Below are positions 60,968 to 64,000 of a stretch of 64,000 bases of DNA, in pieces (position 1 is the first letter of the stretch; every line of letters begins with the position of its first letter). Both the position numbers and the translations under genes were made by a program. Below the pieces are notes generated by a model. That model saw only the letters and a program-made list of their open reading frames with translations, made no database searches and was not told where the DNA came from. Source of the DNA: Lysobacter spongiicola DSM 21749 (GTDB lineage Bacteria; Pseudomonadota; Gammaproteobacteria; Xanthomonadales; Xanthomonadaceae); NCBI RefSeq assembly GCF_900167055.1, contig NZ_FUXP01000005.1, positions 55,003 through 119,002 of the forward strand, read 5' to 3'.

Positions 60968-62515
60968 TTGAGCAAGAAAATCGACATCGACCTCCTCGAC
61001 GACGGCGGCGACTCGCTGTACGTCAAGGAGCGCAAGGTCTATCCACGCGACATCTCCGGCCGCATCGACCGCCTGCGCAAGCTCGCCGTGGCCTGGCTGC
61101 TGGGCATGTACTACGTGTTCCCGTGGCTGCAGTGGGACGGCCGCCAGGCGGTGCTGTTCGACCTGCCGGCGCGCAAATTCCACGTGTTCGGCCTGACCTT
61201 CTGGCCGCAGGACTTCACCTTCCTGGCGCTGCTGCTGGTGATCCTGGCGCTGATGCTGTTCTTCTTCACCGCACTGGCCGGACGGCTGTGGTGCGGCTAT
61301 GCGTGTCCGCAAACGGTATGGACCGAAGTCTTCCTGTGGATGGAGCGCTGGACCGAGGGCGACCGCTCCAAGCGCATGAAGCTCGATGCCGGTCCCTGGA
61401 CCCGCGACAAGGTGCTGCGCAAGGGGGCCAAGCACGCGCTGTGGCTGGTATTCGCGCTGTGGACCGGCTTCACCTTCGTCGGTTTCTTCACCCCGATCAC
61501 CGGCCTGGCCGCGCGCCTGTGGCCGTTCGCGTGGAACGGGTGGGAGATCTTCTGGGTGCTGTTCTATTCGCTGGCGACCTGGGGCAACGCCGGCTTCCTG
61601 CGCGAGCAAGTCTGCAAGTACATGTGCCCGTACGCGCGGTTCCAGAGCGCGATGTTCGACCGCAACACCCTGATCATCGCCTACGACCCGATGCGCGGCG
61701 AGCCGCGCGGGCCCCGCCGCCGCGGCCTGGCGAGCGTGCTGGAGCGCGCGCGCGGGCTGCTCGACCAGGTGACCGCCTACGACTACGTGTTCCGCGCCAG
61801 CCGCCATCCCAGTGCGGCCGACGCACGTGCGCAGGCCCGGGGCACGATCAGCTTCGCCGGCGCCGGAGTGGAGGCCGCGCCGCTGCCGAAGTTCGAGCCC
61901 GAGCAACTGGGCGACTGCATCGACTGCACCATGTGCGTGCAGGTCTGCCCGGTCGGCATCGACATCCGCAACGGGCTGCAGTACGAGTGCATCGCCTGCG
62001 GCCTGTGCGTGGATGCCTGCGACGACGTCATGCTCAAGATGGGCTACCCGAAGGGCCTGATCCGCTATTCGTCCCAGAATGCGATCGACGGCAAGCCTTC
62101 GCGCGTCGCCCGCCCGCGGATCTTCGTCTACGGCGGATTGCTGCTGGCGCTGATCATCGCGTGGGGCTGGGGCATCAGCGCGCGCAGCCCGTTGATCGCC
62201 GAGGTGCTGCGCGACCGCAATGCGCTGTACCGCGTGGTCGAGGATGGCGTCGACAACGGCTACACCCTCAAGCTGATCAACAAGACAGATGCCGTGCAGC
62301 AATACCGCGTTACCGTGGAAGCCGATACCGCCGGCATCGCCTTGCGCGACGCTCCGGTATCGGTATCCGCCCGCGCGGAACAGGTGCTTTCGGTCCCGGT
62401 GACAGTCACCGCACCCGAAGGGGTCGGCGGCAAGCACGACGTCACTTTCGTGATCGAGGCCACCGACGGCAGCGTGCGCGAGACGGTCGACAGCCACTTC
62501 TTCGGACCCCGCTGA
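60968..62515 (+). CDS. ccoG: cytochrome c oxidase accessory protein CcoG/FixG (4Fe-4S ferredoxin membrane protein)
   Basis: CxxCxxCxxxCP ferredoxin motifs (CIDCTMCVQVCP, CIACGLCVDAC) and TM helices. It has an apparent TTG start. Confidence 0.85.
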   Translation: MSKKIDIDLLDDGGDSLYVKERKVYPRDISGRIDRLRKLAVAWLLGMYYVFPWLQWDGRQAVLFDLPARKFHVFGLTFWPQDFTFLALLLVILALMLFFFTALAGRLWCGYACPQTVWTEVFLWMERWTEGDRSKRMKLDAGPWTRDKVLRKGAKHALWLVFALWTGFTFVGFFTPITGLAARLWPFAWNGWEIFWVLFYSLATWGNAGFLREQVCKYMCPYARFQSAMFDRNTLIIAYDPMRGEPRGPRRRGLASVLERARGLLDQVTAYDYVFRASRHPSAADARAQARGTISFAGAGVEAAPLPKFEPEQLGDCIDCTMCVQVCPVGIDIRNGLQYECIACGLCVDACDDVMLKMGYPKGLIRYSSQNAIDGKPSRVARPRIFVYGGLLLALIIAWGWGISARSPLIAEVLRDRNALYRVVEDGVDNGYTLKLINKTDAVQQYRVTVEADTAGIALRDAPVSVSARAEQVLSVPVTVTAPEGVGGKHDVTFVIEATDGSVRETVDSHFFGPR

Positions 62516-63051
62516 TGGACGACAGGACCCCACAACCCGACAAGCGCTCCTCGCCCTGGCGCCAGCCGGTGATGTGGCTGGTGATCGGCCTGCCGGTCGC
62601 CGTGGTGGCGGCCGGGATCTGGATGATCGTGATCGCCAGCGGCGATGGCGGGGTCGATTCAGTCCCCGAGGAAGTGCGGCGCACCGCCCAGATCCAGACC
62701 ACCGACCTGGGCCCCGACGAGATCGCCCGGGCCGAGCGGCTCAGCGCGATCGTGCGCAGGGATCCCGAGGCGGGCATCGTCGAGGTGCTCCCGGTGAGCG
62801 GACGCTTCGACCGGGGCGCTCCCCTGCAGCTTGACCTGGTGCATCCGTCGCGCGAGAACCTGGACGTACAGCTGCTGCTGCAGCCGACCGAACTGGGGTG
62901 GCAGGTCGCCGCCACGCTTGAAGGCGACCACGACTGGAACATTCGCCTGGCGCCGGTCGCCGACGACGAGCAGCCACGCTGGCGCCTGCAGGGCCGCATG
63001 CCCAGGGACCAGCTGGCGGCGCACCTGCGGCCACGACTGCAGGCGCAGTAG
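62515..63051 (+). CDS. ccoH: FixH/CcoH family protein
   Basis: Single N-terminal TM plus a periplasmic domain. ATG overlaps the ccoG stop (TGATG). Confidence 0.7.
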   Translation: MDDRTPQPDKRSSPWRQPVMWLVIGLPVAVVAAGIWMIVIASGDGGVDSVPEEVRRTAQIQTTDLGPDEIARAERLSAIVRRDPEAGIVEVLPVSGRFDRGAPLQLDLVHPSRENLDVQLLLQPTELGWQVAATLEGDHDWNIRLAPVADDEQPRWRLQGRMPRDQLAAHLRPRLQAQ

Positions 63052-63060
63052 CTGCATGCG

Positions 63061-64000
63061 ATGGATGTCGCACTGAGCCAGCAGGCGCCGGCCCGCCACG
63101 AGCACCTGCTCGCCCCGGGGACGGGGTGCCACCACTGCGGTGAGCCGCTTCCAGCCGACCCCGCGCGGGTGTGTCTGGAGGGCGTCGAGCGTGATTTCTG
63201 CTGTGACGGCTGCGCGGCCGCCGCGCAATGGATCCGGGACGCGGACCTGGGCGACTACTACCGCCTGCGCAGCGAACATGCCGGACGGGTCGGGACCGAT
63301 CCGGTCGACCTGCGTGTCTGGGACCGCGAGGAAGTGCTGGCCGAACACGCGCACCCGGTCGAGGGCGGCCGTGAGCTGACCCTGCTGACCGACGGCATGC
63401 GCTGCGCTGCCTGCGCCTGGCTGATCGACCGCGTGCTCGCATCCGAGCCGGGGGTGCAGGAGGCCAGCGCGAACGCCGTCACCGGCCGCATCCGGCTGCG
63501 CTGGGACCCCGCGGTGACGCCGCTGTCGCGGCCGTTGCAGCGCCTGGCCCGGCTCGGCTACCGGCCCTACCTGGCCGGTGGCGAGGCCCGCGAGCGGGCC
63601 CGCCGCGAGGAGCGCAACCGCAACCTGGCCCGCATCGGCATCGCCGGCCTCGGCTCGATGCAGGCGATGATGTTCGCCGAAGCGTTGTACCTGGACTTCT
63701 CCGGGACCATGGCGTTGCCCACGCGCGATTTCTTCCGCTGGATCACGCTGCTGGTGTCGACCCCGGTGGTGTTCTACTCGGGCTGGCCGTTCCTGGCGGG
63801 TGCCTGGCGGGAGCTGCGGCATCGCCAGCTCGGCATGGACGTGCTGATCGCCGGCTCCACCCTGCTGGCCTACTTCGCCAGCATCTTCGAGACCCTGCGT
63901 GGCGGTCCACACGTCTGGTACGACGCCGCGGTGATGTTCGTATTCCTGCTGCTGGGCGCGAGGATGCTGGAACAGCGCGCCCGCGGCATCGCCAGCGCGC
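63061..64000 (+). CDS. ccoI: copper-translocating P-type ATPase CcoI/FixI (5' partial, continues past window)
   Basis: N-terminal CxxC metal-binding motifs (CHHCGE, CDGC, MRCAACAW) followed by TM helices. It is truncated by the window end. Confidence 0.75.
   Translation, partial: MDVALSQQAPARHEHLLAPGTGCHHCGEPLPADPARVCLEGVERDFCCDGCAAAAQWIRDADLGDYYRLRSEHAGRVGTDPVDLRVWDREEVLAEHAHPVEGGRELTLLTDGMRCAACAWLIDRVLASEPGVQEASANAVTGRIRLRWDPAVTPLSRPLQRLARLGYRPYLAGGEARERARREERNRNLARIGIAGLGSMQAMMFAEALYLDFSGTMALPTRDFFRWITLLVSTPVVFYSGWPFLAGAWRELRHRQLGMDVLIAGSTLLAYFASIFETLRGGPHVWYDAAVMFVFLLLGARMLEQRARGIASA

Overview
This window is a high-GC (~67%) chromosomal segment from a gammaproteobacterium. Xanthomonadaceae-like GTAG-type palindromic REP (SMAG-like) elements are scattered through it. 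Gene density is high and mostly syntenic core metabolism. Housekeeping genes include accC, prmA, fis, purH, purD, nudC, erpA, bfd-bfr, rppH, tRNA-Met, fabA-fabB and nadA-nadB. A low-oxygen/NO module comprises hemN, an FNR-family regulator, qNor norB, nnrS, nirK-nirV-sco, ccoNOQP-ccoGHI, and the O2-independent ubiquinone genes ubiD, ubiU, ubiV and ubiT. Six of these carry TTGAC-N4-GTCAA/ATCAA anaeroboxes (one perfect, four one-mismatch, one two-mismatch) in their promoters. The most unusual part is a ~12 kb run of membrane-stress and Ter-type modules at 28.9-40.6 kb. It encodes YjfI(DUF2170), PspA/IM30-like, YqiJ/NfeD-like and flotillin/YqiK-like proteins. These are followed by a tightly coupled operon of a TerB-like protein, a giant 1776-aa AAA+ ATPase-domain protein, a TelA-like hypothetical and TelA. 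I consider this operon the best candidate for an undescribed system. Other oddities are listed below. A bactofilin gene is flanked by paralogous membrane-anchored coiled-coil genes. An in-frame chorismate-mutase(AroQ)-UbiT fusion ORF is present. An ASRT-like (sensory-rhodopsin-transducer family) gene sits next to tRNA-Met. A SirB2/PLP-decarboxylase/PALP-enzyme cassette is present. A MocR regulator is frameshifted in a poly-G run. REP palindromes physically supply TAG/TGA stop codons for several genes. No integrase, transposase, CRISPR or rRNA was seen.
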